From IMG/VR virus record IMGVR_UViG_3300010883_000001, positions 1-64,000 of that record: a DNA stretch of 64,000 nucleotides; one strand, given 5' to 3'. The translations under genes and the position numbers were made by a program. This document shows positions 18,335-28,022 of the stretch, piece by piece. The DNA comes from a virus. Within the stretch, counting starts at the first letter, position 1. Each line of letters opens with the position of its first letter. The notes under the pieces were generated by a model. It searched no databases and was not told the DNA's origin. It saw nothing but the letters and a program-made list of their open reading frames with translations.

Positions 18335-20335
18335 ATGGCAAACAAAGAAAAAAGTTTATTCAGGCGCCTGACAGGTCTATTTAGATCCGGCCCAATTATA
18401 AGAAGAAAAGTTAAAAACTTTAAGCCGGCTGGTGCGTCTAGTGCTGTTGAGATATTTAAGCACTCTTCGAGTGACGTATACAGCAGCGCTATATCTGCAT
18501 ATGGTGCGTTTGATAGGATGTCAAGATATGCTGATTTTTCTGAAATGGAAGCAACACCTGAAATAGCGTCTGCATTAGATATATACTCTGAAGAGTGTGT
18601 ATCACCTGACGCATCTGGGGAAATACTACATATTTACAGTGAAAATAGAAAAATAAAAGAGTTATTAGGTGAACTTTTTTATGATGTAATAAATGTAGAA
18701 TTTAATCTTAGTATGTGGGTTAGAAACCTTTGTAAGTACGGTGATTTTTTCTTATTTAACGATGTATCTCCTGAGTTTGGCATCATTAATGTTTTCCCAA
18801 TAAACATAGCTGAGATTGAGAGAGAAGAAGGATTTGATACAGATGATCCTATGGCTGTACGATTTCGTTGGATAACACAGGGTAACCAGTCTTTAGAAAA
18901 TTGGCAGATATCTCATTTTAGATTACTGGGAAATGATGCATTCTTACCATATGGTTCATCTGTTCTAGAGTCAGCTAGAAGAATTTGGCGCCAGCTAATC
19001 TTAATAGAAGATGCAATGTTAGTATATCGTGTCATAAGGGCTCCGGAGAGAAGGGTATTCTATATAGACGTTGGTAATGTTCCTCCGGAGGATGTCGCAA
19101 ACTATTTAGAGCAAGCAAAGACTAGCCTTAAGAGAAATCAAGTGATTGATAGATCCTCGGGCAAAGTTGATTTGCGATATAACCCATTATCAGTGGATGA
19201 AGATTATTTTTTGCCAGTTCGAGGTGGCGATTCAGGCACTAGAATTGACACTTTGGCCGGAGGGCAAAATACAGCGGCAATAGAGGACGTTGAATATATC
19301 CAGAAAAAATTATTTGCCGCGCTAAAGATCCCTAGAGCATACTTGGGATATGATGAAGATATTGGATCTAAGGCAACATTGGCCCAAGAAGATATTAGGT
19401 TCTCCAGGACAATACAACGAATTCAGAAGACGATAATCTCAGAATTAAATAAAGTAGCAATGATTCATCTTTATTCACATGGATATGAAGATGAGGATTT
19501 ACTGGATTTTGAATTAAGCCTGTCAAACCCTTCGTCTGTCGCACAACAACAAAAGCTTGAACTTTTACGATCAAAGTTTGAAATTGCCGGATCTGCTCCG
19601 GAAGGTATGATAAGTAGAAAGTGGATAATGAAAAATGTGCTTGAATTAACACTTACAGATATAGAACAAATAAATAGAGAGAAAGTGGAAGAAAAATCTG
19701 AAGATTTAGAGCTTGAAAACATGCCATCGCCAGAAGATGAGGGTGGTGAAGGTGGTGAAGACGCCGGAGGCGAAGAAGATGCCGGTGGCGAAGATCTATT
19801 TTCAGCTGACAAACCTAAGGATTTACCTTTGTTAGCTGAACCAGATATTCGAGGCCTAAGTGATGACGACGATGACGACGATGACGATGATGATCTAGAC
19901 AAGCTGTCATTGTCTATGGCTGATATAGATTCACCAATTGCCGCAGAGAAGCAAATACTATCTATCACCGGTAAACCCATAAAGAATAGAAGGAAAAATA
20001 ATCGTAATATGTTGGCTAATCCGGATTTTGTTGCGATGACGGGGATGAGAAGAAAACAAGATAACCCTATTTCTCAAGAGCCCCTAATTAATTTAGTAAA
20101 GCCAGACCGAGGTTCTTTTATGGAGGCAATGTTTCCACAAAATGATGAGATGGACGATTTTATTAGCGAAAAACTTTCCCAGAGGGCAAGAATGACAAAT
20201 GATATAGAGAGAACGTTAAAATCTCTTAGAAGTTTTATACCTATAAAAGGAACAAAACACCTGCTGAGTGAAGATTCAGCTGATATTGATGATTTAGAAG
20301 AAAAAAGTCAGGATTATCATGTCGAAAAGAAATGA
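18335..20335 (+). CDS. Portal protein (T4 gp20-like) with acidic C-terminal extension
   Basis: IEDAMLVYRVIRAPERRVFYIDVGN, EDYFLPVRG, IDTLAGG and YIQKKLFAALKIP are T4 gp20 family motifs. Confidence 0.95.
   Translation: MANKEKSLFRRLTGLFRSGPIIRRKVKNFKPAGASSAVEIFKHSSSDVYSSAISAYGAFDRMSRYADFSEMEATPEIASALDIYSEECVSPDASGEILHIYSENRKIKELLGELFYDVINVEFNLSMWVRNLCKYGDFFLFNDVSPEFGIINVFPINIAEIEREEGFDTDDPMAVRFRWITQGNQSLENWQISHFRLLGNDAFLPYGSSVLESARRIWRQLILIEDAMLVYRVIRAPERRVFYIDVGNVPPEDVANYLEQAKTSLKRNQVIDRSSGKVDLRYNPLSVDEDYFLPVRGGDSGTRIDTLAGGQNTAAIEDVEYIQKKLFAALKIPRAYLGYDEDIGSKATLAQEDIRFSRTIQRIQKTIISELNKVAMIHLYSHGYEDEDLLDFELSLSNPSSVAQQQKLELLRSKFEIAGSAPEGMISRKWIMKNVLELTLTDIEQINREKVEEKSEDLELENMPSPEDEGGEGGEDAGGEEDAGGEDLFSADKPKDLPLLAEPDIRGLSDDDDDDDDDDDLDKLSLSMADIDSPIAAEKQILSITGKPIKNRRKNNRNMLANPDFVAMTGMRRKQDNPISQEPLINLVKPDRGSFMEAMFPQNDEMDDFISEKLSQRARMTNDIERTLKSLRSFIPIKGTKHLLSEDSADIDDLEEKSQDYHVEKK
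19862..19894 (+). repeat. GAT/GAC trinucleotide run encoding an Asp11 tract in the portal tail
   Basis: GATGACGACGATGACGACGATGACGATGATGAT read directly from the sequence. Confidence 0.85.
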
Positions 20336-21200
20336 CAATAAAAATTTGAAGCATAATAAGAAAAGAAATGTAGGAATAATCTACGAGCAGCTTGTCAGGA
20401 CTATATCTGAAAATATTATAGATGATAGAGGCAAAGAGGCTGAAAAGATTATTGATATAGTCAAGAGAAGATTTGCACCGGGAAGTGAGTTGTATAAAGA
20501 GTTTCGATTATTTAATGCGTTAGCCAGGACCAGGGTCAATGAGCCTTCTATGGCAACGAGGATTATAAGCGAAGCAAAAAATGCTGCTAAGGATCACGAT
20601 GAAAAAGTCTTGGATAGAGAAAAGTCTCTTTTGATAAAGGAGATAAATACAATGTTTGATTCAAAATTGTTTTATACTAAGCAGGTACCTGAGTATAGAA
20701 CGTATGCAACAATCCAAACTCTATTAAATGACTGGCGTTGTGATAGGGTAACAAATTTTCAAAGAGTTGCAAATTTTGAAAAGTCAATACATGAACATCT
20801 CCTAAGGGATGGCGATGATTATAATACGTTAGACTCTGAAAAGACGCCTGACGTAAATTCTTTGACTGTTAAGATAATGTCACGGAAATTTTCTGATTCC
20901 TTTTCGCCAGTTCTTACCGGTGAGCAAAAGAGCGCAATACAAAAATATGTTTTATCTTTTGGGGATGATGTAGCTACTAATAATCTTTTATATGAGGTAA
21001 AAGAGGAAAAAAAGTTACTTCTTCGCACGTTGAACAATTATACGGCGGCATGTAGGAACAAGATTATTAAGGGCAGAATCCCTACTATTTTGGAAAATAT
21101 TGATGAATTTTCTCCTTCTAAATTAGATGATAGTACAATGGCAAAATATTTAACAATGATAAACTTGAGAAAAGAATTGTCGGAGCCTGATGATGAGTGA
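20319..21200 (+). CDS. Hypothetical head-morphogenesis protein
   Basis: 293-aa helical ORF overlapping both the portal and protease genes, with a basic N-terminal KHNKKRNVG motif. Confidence 0.6.
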   Translation: MSKRNDNKNLKHNKKRNVGIIYEQLVRTISENIIDDRGKEAEKIIDIVKRRFAPGSELYKEFRLFNALARTRVNEPSMATRIISEAKNAAKDHDEKVLDREKSLLIKEINTMFDSKLFYTKQVPEYRTYATIQTLLNDWRCDRVTNFQRVANFEKSIHEHLLRDGDDYNTLDSEKTPDVNSLTVKIMSRKFSDSFSPVLTGEQKSAIQKYVLSFGDDVATNNLLYEVKEEKKLLLRTLNNYTAACRNKIIKGRIPTILENIDEFSPSKLDDSTMAKYLTMINLRKELSEPDDE

Positions 21201-21810
21201 TAAAAATGTTCTTAGATTATTAACTGAGTGGACACAATTTGAATATACACCAAATATGGTTACTGAGTCAAAAGAGTTAAACAACGGAAAGATAATATTA
21301 AATGGGATCCTGCAAAAATCCGATGCGCTAAATCAAAATGGCAGGATATATCCAAAAGCAATATTAGAGAGAGAGATTAGGAACTATCAAAAATTCATAA
21401 AAGAAAATAGGGCTTTAGGTGAATGTGATCATCCAGACTCATCAGTTGTAAACCTCAGGAACGCATCACACATTGTCCGCGAAGCGCACATGGATGGAGA
21501 TGTCTGTTATGGGTCTGTTGAGTTGTTAGATACCCCAAGTGGAAAAATCTTACAGAGTCTTGTAGAATCCGGTGTTACATTGGGGATATCATCCCGAGGT
21601 GTTGGATCAACAAAGAGAGAAGGAGACTTTCAGATAGTGCAAGACGATTTTCAATTAATTTGTTGGGATTTTGTCTCCGAACCGTCGACACCAGGAGCTT
21701 TTATGATGAGTGAAGGTCACGTTATTGATGAGAATGAATTAAAAAAGCACTTTACCAAGTCAGATAAGTTATATAGAATATTCAACGATATAAATTCCTG
21801 GAGTGAGTGA
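21190..21810 (+). CDS. Prohead core protease (T4 gp21-like)
   Basis: NQNGRIYP, ALGECDHP, ASH, LGISSRGVGS and WDFVSEPS are T4 gp21 family motifs. Confidence 0.92.
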   Translation: MMSDKNVLRLLTEWTQFEYTPNMVTESKELNNGKIILNGILQKSDALNQNGRIYPKAILEREIRNYQKFIKENRALGECDHPDSSVVNLRNASHIVREAHMDGDVCYGSVELLDTPSGKILQSLVESGVTLGISSRGVGSTKREGDFQIVQDDFQLICWDFVSEPSTPGAFMMSEGHVIDENELKKHFTKSDKLYRIFNDINSWSE

Positions 21811-22217
21811 TAATGTCTTTACATCATCCAAAACCGAATCATAATCATGCTGCAGAGTATCAATGTTCTGGTGTTCCGTTTTTATCAAGCTCGGCCCGAA
21901 ATGGGGTTACGACTGCAGGGGTAAAAGTTTCATTTCCTTATGTGACTAGGTGGGTGCAAGTATTTTGCCATGCCGACGCCGCTAAAGAATTAAGGGTTGG
22001 ATTTACGGTGATAGGCATCTCCGATGAGCTTGAAAGAAACTTTGTTCTTGTACCTACAGGGACATGCACTCCAAGGCTAGAGGTAAAGTGCACTGAAATT
22101 CACTTAAGATCAGACACTTCAACCTCAGGATATAGTCTAATTGCAGGATTAACAAATGTAGGTCCATCACAATTTTTTACTATGTCTGGTTCTAACGGCG
22201 TTGCAGGGGTAGGTTAA
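21807..22217 (+). CDS. Small beta-rich putative virion protein
   Basis: Intact ORF tightly packed in the head operon, with a beta-strand composition. Confidence 0.55.
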   Translation: MIMSLHHPKPNHNHAAEYQCSGVPFLSSSARNGVTTAGVKVSFPYVTRWVQVFCHADAAKELRVGFTVIGISDELERNFVLVPTGTCTPRLEVKCTEIHLRSDTSTSGYSLIAGLTNVGPSQFFTMSGSNGVAGVG

Positions 22218-22685
22218 GTGGCTAAGTTGAGTAGATCTATGCTAAAAGGTATCGTAAAAGAGTGTCTTTTAGAAATATTATCCGAAGGTATTACAACGTC
22301 TAAGGTGCAGTTATCTGAATCTATAGTTAGAAAGAAGATTGCCACACCTCAACCCGGCTTATTTTCATCAAAGCCTAAACAAAAACGTAAGACTAATCCT
22401 GCATTAGATAATACCTCATATACAAATGACAGAGAAAAAATTGTAGAGCAACGTCGTACCACTACGGTTAACGCCCTGACTGATGATCCTATACTATCGG
22501 AAATATTTAGGGACACTATGGATACTACATTGCAGGAGCAACTGGGGAACGCCACCCCTGCATCATCACAACCTGGTCCGGAAATTAGAACAAAAAATAA
22601 TGATATTTCAGAGGTTGGAATGTTTAATGATGCAGCAAATAATTGGGCAGCCCTAGCTTTTACAGAAAAAAAGCAGTCAAACTAG
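22218..22685 (+). CDS. Hypothetical head-associated protein
   Basis: N-terminal amphipathic helix LSRSMLKGIVKECLLEILSE. Abuts the previous stop. Confidence 0.55.
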   Translation: MAKLSRSMLKGIVKECLLEILSEGITTSKVQLSESIVRKKIATPQPGLFSSKPKQKRKTNPALDNTSYTNDREKIVEQRRTTTVNALTDDPILSEIFRDTMDTTLQEQLGNATPASSQPGPEIRTKNNDISEVGMFNDAANNWAALAFTEKKQSN

Positions 22686-22750
22686 TAAAGACTTACTGCG
22701 CTGATGAATACATATTAATATAAAGATTTATTTTATTGGAGTTAATAGAG

Positions 22751-23038
22751 ATGAGAAATAGAAGAAGAAGAGTAAGAAAGCTTACGCCTAATCTTTTACG
22801 AAGAATCGTGATGGAAGAAAGAACCCGCGTTTTGCGTGAGAACGATCCTATTGTCCAAGGAATAGAAGATCCTGAGAAGGTTGATGCTGAAGAGGTCGAT
22901 GCTGATGAGTATGCTAATACTTTGGAGAAAGATCTGGATCACCTTAAAGCTTTAAAGATTCAAGAGAGTCGGTTACGTAAGCAGTTGGGTAGAATATCAA
23001 CTGCAAAGAAAATTTTAGTTAGAAGATTAGCAAAATAA
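22751..23038 (+). CDS. Hypothetical head-associated protein
   Basis: ATG 22751 follows GGAG (the ORF track starts at TTG 22736). Contains KLTPNLLRRIVMEE...LRE, an acidic middle and a basic coiled-coil end. Confidence 0.6.
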   Translation: MRNRRRRVRKLTPNLLRRIVMEERTRVLRENDPIVQGIEDPEKVDAEEVDADEYANTLEKDLDHLKALKIQESRLRKQLGRISTAKKILVRRLAK

Positions 23039-23065
23039 TTACAAAACTGACAATTAGGAGAAAAA

Positions 23066-23548
23066 ATGCCAACACATATACAAAAAATGGTTGAAAATTT
23101 ACCGAGCCCGTGGGGCACGGCAAGAGATAAAGGTGTAGCCGATTACCAGGCTCTGCAAGGAATGTTTCCGGGATCACCCATACATTCTGGTGAAATTTCC
23201 AATGAAAGCCTTACGAAAAAGTATATCGAAAAACAACATGGCGAAGTAAATGATGAAGGCCACACATTTGGTGTATTTAAATTAGATTATAATGAAGCAC
23301 CTGATGTAGCTGCTGGACCTCATGGTGAAGGAACTGATCCTCCAAACCCGTATGTTCCTAATCCAACATCTCCTGGACCATCCTGCAATGCGGCTGATAA
23401 GCCAGACGCTCCTGAAGGTTTTGGCAAGAAGACATCAAATACACCAGGTGAGGGCGATGGCGCATTATCGAACCCCAGTAATACGTCGGTGGTAATTGCC
23501 CAACAAACGTTGGGTACGTATTCATTTGGATCGTCCACAAACGGTTAA
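23066..23548 (+). CDS. Pro/Gly-rich hypothetical protein
   Basis: TAGGAG RBS and a low-complexity PNPYVPNPTSPGP segment. Confidence 0.6.
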   Translation: MPTHIQKMVENLPSPWGTARDKGVADYQALQGMFPGSPIHSGEISNESLTKKYIEKQHGEVNDEGHTFGVFKLDYNEAPDVAAGPHGEGTDPPNPYVPNPTSPGPSCNAADKPDAPEGFGKKTSNTPGEGDGALSNPSNTSVVIAQQTLGTYSFGSSTNG

Positions 23549-23562
23549 CTGGTTTATAGTTA

Positions 23563-24135
23563 ATGATTGGACAATCTTTCCTGGAGGCCCGCCTAGATGA
23601 TAAGAGAGGAACCGGTTACGGCACTGACGCCGGCCGGTTCTCTCATAGATTGTCTAATTCAAATTTTCCTTATAATGATTTCGATGATGATGAATTTTTT
23701 GAGGAAGAAGATTTAGAAACTCAAATACATCAAAAAAAAATAATAAATAAGACATCCCCCTATGCGGCTTCCGGCTGGGGTGATAAAGCAAAAGTTGATA
23801 AAAGATATTTTGTTGCTGGTAATACAAAACTTAGTGATTGTTTTTTTAGGACAGACAAAATTTTACTTGAGATTGAAATATTTAATAATTCATTAGTCCC
23901 GATACCTGGCCTATATAAAAAATCATCTATGGTTAAAGGGTCTGGACCATTTTTACCGGCTGGTATAGGAAGCTATAAGAGGACAGGAACAAAAAAAGGT
24001 TACGCATCCAGTCCACCGGAATATAAAATCGATTTTGATCTTCATGGTGATAATGAGGAAGATATCGAAGATGATGAGGTTTTAACACTTAGGGATATAG
24101 CTCTAAGATTAAATAAGATAGATGGTTATACTTAA
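23563..24135 (+). CDS. Hypothetical protein
   Basis: Intact ORF in the head operon with acidic patches. Confidence 0.55.
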   Translation: MIGQSFLEARLDDKRGTGYGTDAGRFSHRLSNSNFPYNDFDDDEFFEEEDLETQIHQKKIINKTSPYAASGWGDKAKVDKRYFVAGNTKLSDCFFRTDKILLEIEIFNNSLVPIPGLYKKSSMVKGSGPFLPAGIGSYKRTGTKKGYASSPPEYKIDFDLHGDNEEDIEDDEVLTLRDIALRLNKIDGYT

Positions 24136-24164
24136 TTTTATGGGTAAATTTGCCATCTACCTTG

Positions 24165-24171
24165 ATAGTTA
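24165..24171 (+). promoter_or_regulatory. Candidate late-promoter motif upstream of scaffold
   Basis: ATAGTTAgt. Confidence 0.45.
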
Positions 24172-24212
24172 GTAATTGCGCACTACAGATGAGAGCAACA
24201 ATAAGAGGGTAT

Positions 24213-25958
24213 ATGGCACACGATCTTTATTCCGATGCAATTTTAGAAGCTAAAAAACTTCGCACGATGGCTGAAGAGGCTGCTAAAAATAGAATTATCG
24301 ATGCAGTCACACCTCGTATACGAAGGTTAATAGAAAATCAACTCCTTATAGAGGGCGATGATCTTATAGATGATGAACCGCCTGAGGATGTAGTTGATGA
24401 TATTGAATTACCTGAAGAGCCGGATGCTATGTCGGCCGATACAGCACCCCTGGCCGATGATTTAGGTACATCAGATTTAGCTGCAGCCTTAGGCTCAGTT
24501 ATTGATACACCCGTAGAACAGCCTGGTACCCCGTATACAGAACCGGCGGCTGATGCAGGCGTCGGTCCCAAGATTTCTATAGGTGCAGATGGTGAGATAG
24601 AGATTGAAGTTGATGGTCTTAGCATAGAAGTTGAAAAATCAGAAGGTTCCACAGACGATGGCCTAATGCTTGATCAGCCGGTTGCTGAGGCTTTAAGTTC
24701 TGCTTTAGGCAAACTACACACAAGAAGAAAATTATCAGCACAAATAAATGCTATACACGAAAAAATAGATTTTTTAAAGAGGGCGCTAACGCTTGCAAAG
24801 CAAGATGCTACTGTCCAACAGAGAAAACGCGTATCTAATATTTTTGAGGCGCTAGCGAGGAAAGTAATTTCCTTGAAGCGCCAAGCTATACTTAGTGAAC
24901 AGAACGGAGTTTCCGTTAATGAAGAAAAAAACAAGCTTGATACTATCATAGAGGAGATGGACCAAATGTCAAGACATAATCGAAGCGGGCGAGGAAATCG
25001 CAGCATATTCGACTTCTTGTTCGAGGACTCCGTTGAAGAAGCTGGGGGTCTCGAAGAGGGGGACGAAGAATTAGAAGCAGAAGAAACCGAAGAAGGCGCC
25101 GAAGAGGTTGACGTTGATGCTGCTAGTACAGCATTGGAGGACTTGGGCGCAGCCCTGGGCCTTGACGTCGCTATTGGTGAAGAAGGAGAAGAGGATTTCG
25201 AAGATTTGGAAGCCGATGAGGACGTAGAAGAAGAGGTCGAGCTTCCTGAGGCTGACGTTGATGAGGTCTACGAAATTGACGAGGTTGCTCTTCGGAGAGA
25301 ACTTCGACGCCTTCGAAGATTAGATGAAAATGATCCAGTTGATGGATCAGGTGATTCATCATTCGGTGGCGGTGAAGCTGGAGATGAGCCTTTCATTGAG
25401 GTTGATGAAGAGGATCTCTTAAATGCCTTAGCCGATGAGCTTGGTGATGCACCAACCCCATCAGTCGGGGCCGATTCAGCTAGTGGCACGGATGCAATGA
25501 CTACTGAGTCACGTCGACGCCTAGCAAGACTTCGCACCAGACGCTCAACCACCAGGAGTTCCTCCCAGAGGACTCCAGCAAGAGCAGCTAACAGGCAGAT
25601 TAAAGAGTACAAACGAGTTGTTGGTGCACTTAAAGGCCAGTTAACAGAAATGAATTTATTTAACGCAAAACTGCTTTATGCTAATAAGCTAATGCAGAAT
25701 AGAGATTTGACACCAAGGCAACAAAGAGCAATTGTTGAGGCTTTAGATAATGCCAAGACGCTCCGTGAAGCTAAGCTACTATATAAGAGTCTAACGACTT
25801 CACTTAATAAACGAGGTAGATCATCTGGTCGCTTGAGTGAAGGAGTTGTTAGAGCTAGGGGTTCTTCCTCGGTTCCAACCCGGACGGCACAGCCGGCCAA
25901 TAATGGAGTTGGAGAGAAAGATCGTTGGGCTGTACTTGCAGGGCTCGAGAATAACTAA
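24213..25958 (+). CDS. Prohead scaffolding/core protein
   Basis: Highly acidic, coiled-coil protein directly upstream of the MCP. C-terminal EMNLFNAKLLYANKL...LREAKLLY...RWAVLAGL. Likely start is ATG 24213 after GAGG (track start 24150 is TTG). Confidence 0.75.
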   Translation: MAHDLYSDAILEAKKLRTMAEEAAKNRIIDAVTPRIRRLIENQLLIEGDDLIDDEPPEDVVDDIELPEEPDAMSADTAPLADDLGTSDLAAALGSVIDTPVEQPGTPYTEPAADAGVGPKISIGADGEIEIEVDGLSIEVEKSEGSTDDGLMLDQPVAEALSSALGKLHTRRKLSAQINAIHEKIDFLKRALTLAKQDATVQQRKRVSNIFEALARKVISLKRQAILSEQNGVSVNEEKNKLDTIIEEMDQMSRHNRSGRGNRSIFDFLFEDSVEEAGGLEEGDEELEAEETEEGAEEVDVDAASTALEDLGAALGLDVAIGEEGEEDFEDLEADEDVEEEVELPEADVDEVYEIDEVALRRELRRLRRLDENDPVDGSGDSSFGGGEAGDEPFIEVDEEDLLNALADELGDAPTPSVGADSASGTDAMTTESRRRLARLRTRRSTTRSSSQRTPARAANRQIKEYKRVVGALKGQLTEMNLFNAKLLYANKLMQNRDLTPRQQRAIVEALDNAKTLREAKLLYKSLTTSLNKRGRSSGRLSEGVVRARGSSSVPTRTAQPANNGVGEKDRWAVLAGLENN

Positions 25959-25986
25959 ACCATTAACTTAAGGAGTAATAAAAAAA

Positions 25987-27882
25987 ATGGCAAATACATT
26001 CTCACTTCAGCAGTTGACGGAGGGCATCAGGCAGCGCCATCTCGGCACCCAGAACCGTCACCTAGTTGAAAAATGGACACGCACCGGCCTTCTTCGAGGA
26101 CTCGAGGGAACCGGTCGCGAAAATATGGCGCGTATGCTTGAGAACCAGGCAGCGCAAATGTTAAAAGAGGCTAGTGACCTGGGATCAGGTACGGCCGGTA
26201 ATGCTGACATTCGTGGTTTCACGAATATCGCCTTTCCAATTGTTCGTAGGGTCTTCGGTGGCCTCGTTGCTAATGAGCTTGTCTCAATTCAGCCAATGAG
26301 TCTTCCTTCAGGCCTCTTATTCTATCTTGATTATACGTACGGAACCACACAGGCTGGTGGTACAAATGTTGATGGTTCCGGTGCATATAAGGCCGGCGAA
26401 TCAATTTATAATAACCCCACCGGTAGAGGCGTACAGTCAGGATCTTTGGGTACAGGTGGACAGGCTGACTTGGCTGGTGCTGGTTATTCCCGTCGACATT
26501 CATCAAAAGATGTATCAATTGTTCAGACTACAAAGATTTTTGCATTCGGTGGTTCTTCATCGGCTACATTATCTGGTAATAACGCAGCTGTAACCGTTCA
26601 ATGTCATGCTACCGGTACTGATGGAAAGCTTTTACAGTTTGATCCTCAAATCACAAACTTGATTGAGAGTGAAGAGGGTAAGTTCGTTTTTGCGGCTGTG
26701 CCGTTTACGGCAGCAAACTTTCCTAGCGTTGATGCAACGATGATAAAAGATGTTGGTTTACAGGTATCAGGTACCGGTGGTCCTCTTGGTCAAAATAACG
26801 ACTTGGCTAAGATTCCTGCCGCAATTCAAGGTGGAAGCGTCTACAACATACGTAGATTAAATCAACTTGTTACATGGGATGGTACAAATGCCCCTGTTGC
26901 TGCACCGTTAGCAACGACTTCAACTGGTAATGCTCACGTCTTGTTAGTGTGTTCAGGCACACGTTGGTCTGATGCAGATGATAGTTTTGGCGTTTCATTC
27001 GTCAAGTCACCAGTTCTTGATTCAGCCTCCGGGGCCGCCGATACACTCGTCGTTCCTAGTTTCGAATCAGATTTTGGTACAAACCCTTCACCAGCTATTC
27101 CTGAGATTGATATCAAGATTGAGTCAATTGCAGTTACGGCTGTTACACGTAAGTTAAGAGCACGATGGTCACCAGAGCTTGCACAGGATTTAAATGCCTA
27201 TCACAGTCTAGACGCTGAGGTTGAGCTTACACAGATCCTTTCCGAGCAGATTGCCTTAGAGCTTGATAGAGAGATACTTGGTGATCTTCTTACGAATGCC
27301 AATGGTGCTAACCTTTACTGGTCACGCGCTCCTGGTAAGTTCGTTAATAAGGAAACTGGCGCAACTGTACAGCGTGCTTCTAGTCTCGATCCTGGACCTG
27401 CCTTTACTGGTACAGTTCGAGATTGGTATGAGACCCTTATTGAGACCATCATCGACGTTGCTAACACGATCCATCGCAAGACCCTCCGCGGTTCTGCTAA
27501 CTTTATCGTTGTTAGTCCTGACATTGCTACGATCCTTGAGGCCTCAGTTTATTACAGACCGTCTTACGGGCTGGATAGTGATGGCCAGGTTCAAGCGCCT
27601 ATGACGCTTGGTGCCGACAAGGTTGGTACATTGAGTAATCGTTTCACGGTCTACAAGGATCCTTACTTTCCACGCAACAGAATTCTTGTTGGGTATAAGG
27701 GTGGTAGCTATCTTGAGACTGGTTATGTATATGCTCCGTATGTACCTCTTATCGTTACGCCAACGATTTTCGCGCCTGAGGATTTCACCCCACGTAAGGG
27801 TGTCATGACTCGTTATGGTAAGAAGATGGTTCGTTCCGATTTTTACGGTACTGTTACATGTCTTGATTTGAACATCATCTAA
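25987..27882 (+). CDS. Major capsid protein (T4 gp23-like)
   Basis: FPIVRRVF, VSIQPMSLPSGLLFYL, RKLRARWSPELAQDLNAYH, LEAEVELT-like LDAEVELTQILSEQI, YAPYVPL and GVMTRYG. Strong AAGGAG RBS. Confidence 0.97.
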   Translation: MANTFSLQQLTEGIRQRHLGTQNRHLVEKWTRTGLLRGLEGTGRENMARMLENQAAQMLKEASDLGSGTAGNADIRGFTNIAFPIVRRVFGGLVANELVSIQPMSLPSGLLFYLDYTYGTTQAGGTNVDGSGAYKAGESIYNNPTGRGVQSGSLGTGGQADLAGAGYSRRHSSKDVSIVQTTKIFAFGGSSSATLSGNNAAVTVQCHATGTDGKLLQFDPQITNLIESEEGKFVFAAVPFTAANFPSVDATMIKDVGLQVSGTGGPLGQNNDLAKIPAAIQGGSVYNIRRLNQLVTWDGTNAPVAAPLATTSTGNAHVLLVCSGTRWSDADDSFGVSFVKSPVLDSASGAADTLVVPSFESDFGTNPSPAIPEIDIKIESIAVTAVTRKLRARWSPELAQDLNAYHSLDAEVELTQILSEQIALELDREILGDLLTNANGANLYWSRAPGKFVNKETGATVQRASSLDPGPAFTGTVRDWYETLIETIIDVANTIHRKTLRGSANFIVVSPDIATILEASVYYRPSYGLDSDGQVQAPMTLGADKVGTLSNRFTVYKDPYFPRNRILVGYKGGSYLETGYVYAPYVPLIVTPTIFAPEDFTPRKGVMTRYGKKMVRSDFYGTVTCLDLNII

Positions 27883-27912
27883 TTAATTAGATAAGTTTAA
27901 GATGACTTAACT

Positions 27913-27946
27913 AGGGAGGGCGAATTCGCCCTCCCTTTTTATTTTT
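27913..27946 (+). terminator. Rho-independent terminator after the major capsid gene
   Basis: Perfect inverted repeat AGGGAGGGCG-AATT-CGCCCTCCCT followed by TTTTATTTTT. Confidence 0.9.
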
Positions 27947-28022
27947 ACGCTTATTTTTACGCTAGAGACACTTGTTGTTACAAATAAGGGGAATATATTA
28001 ACTTATTCCTAAGGAGCATCAG

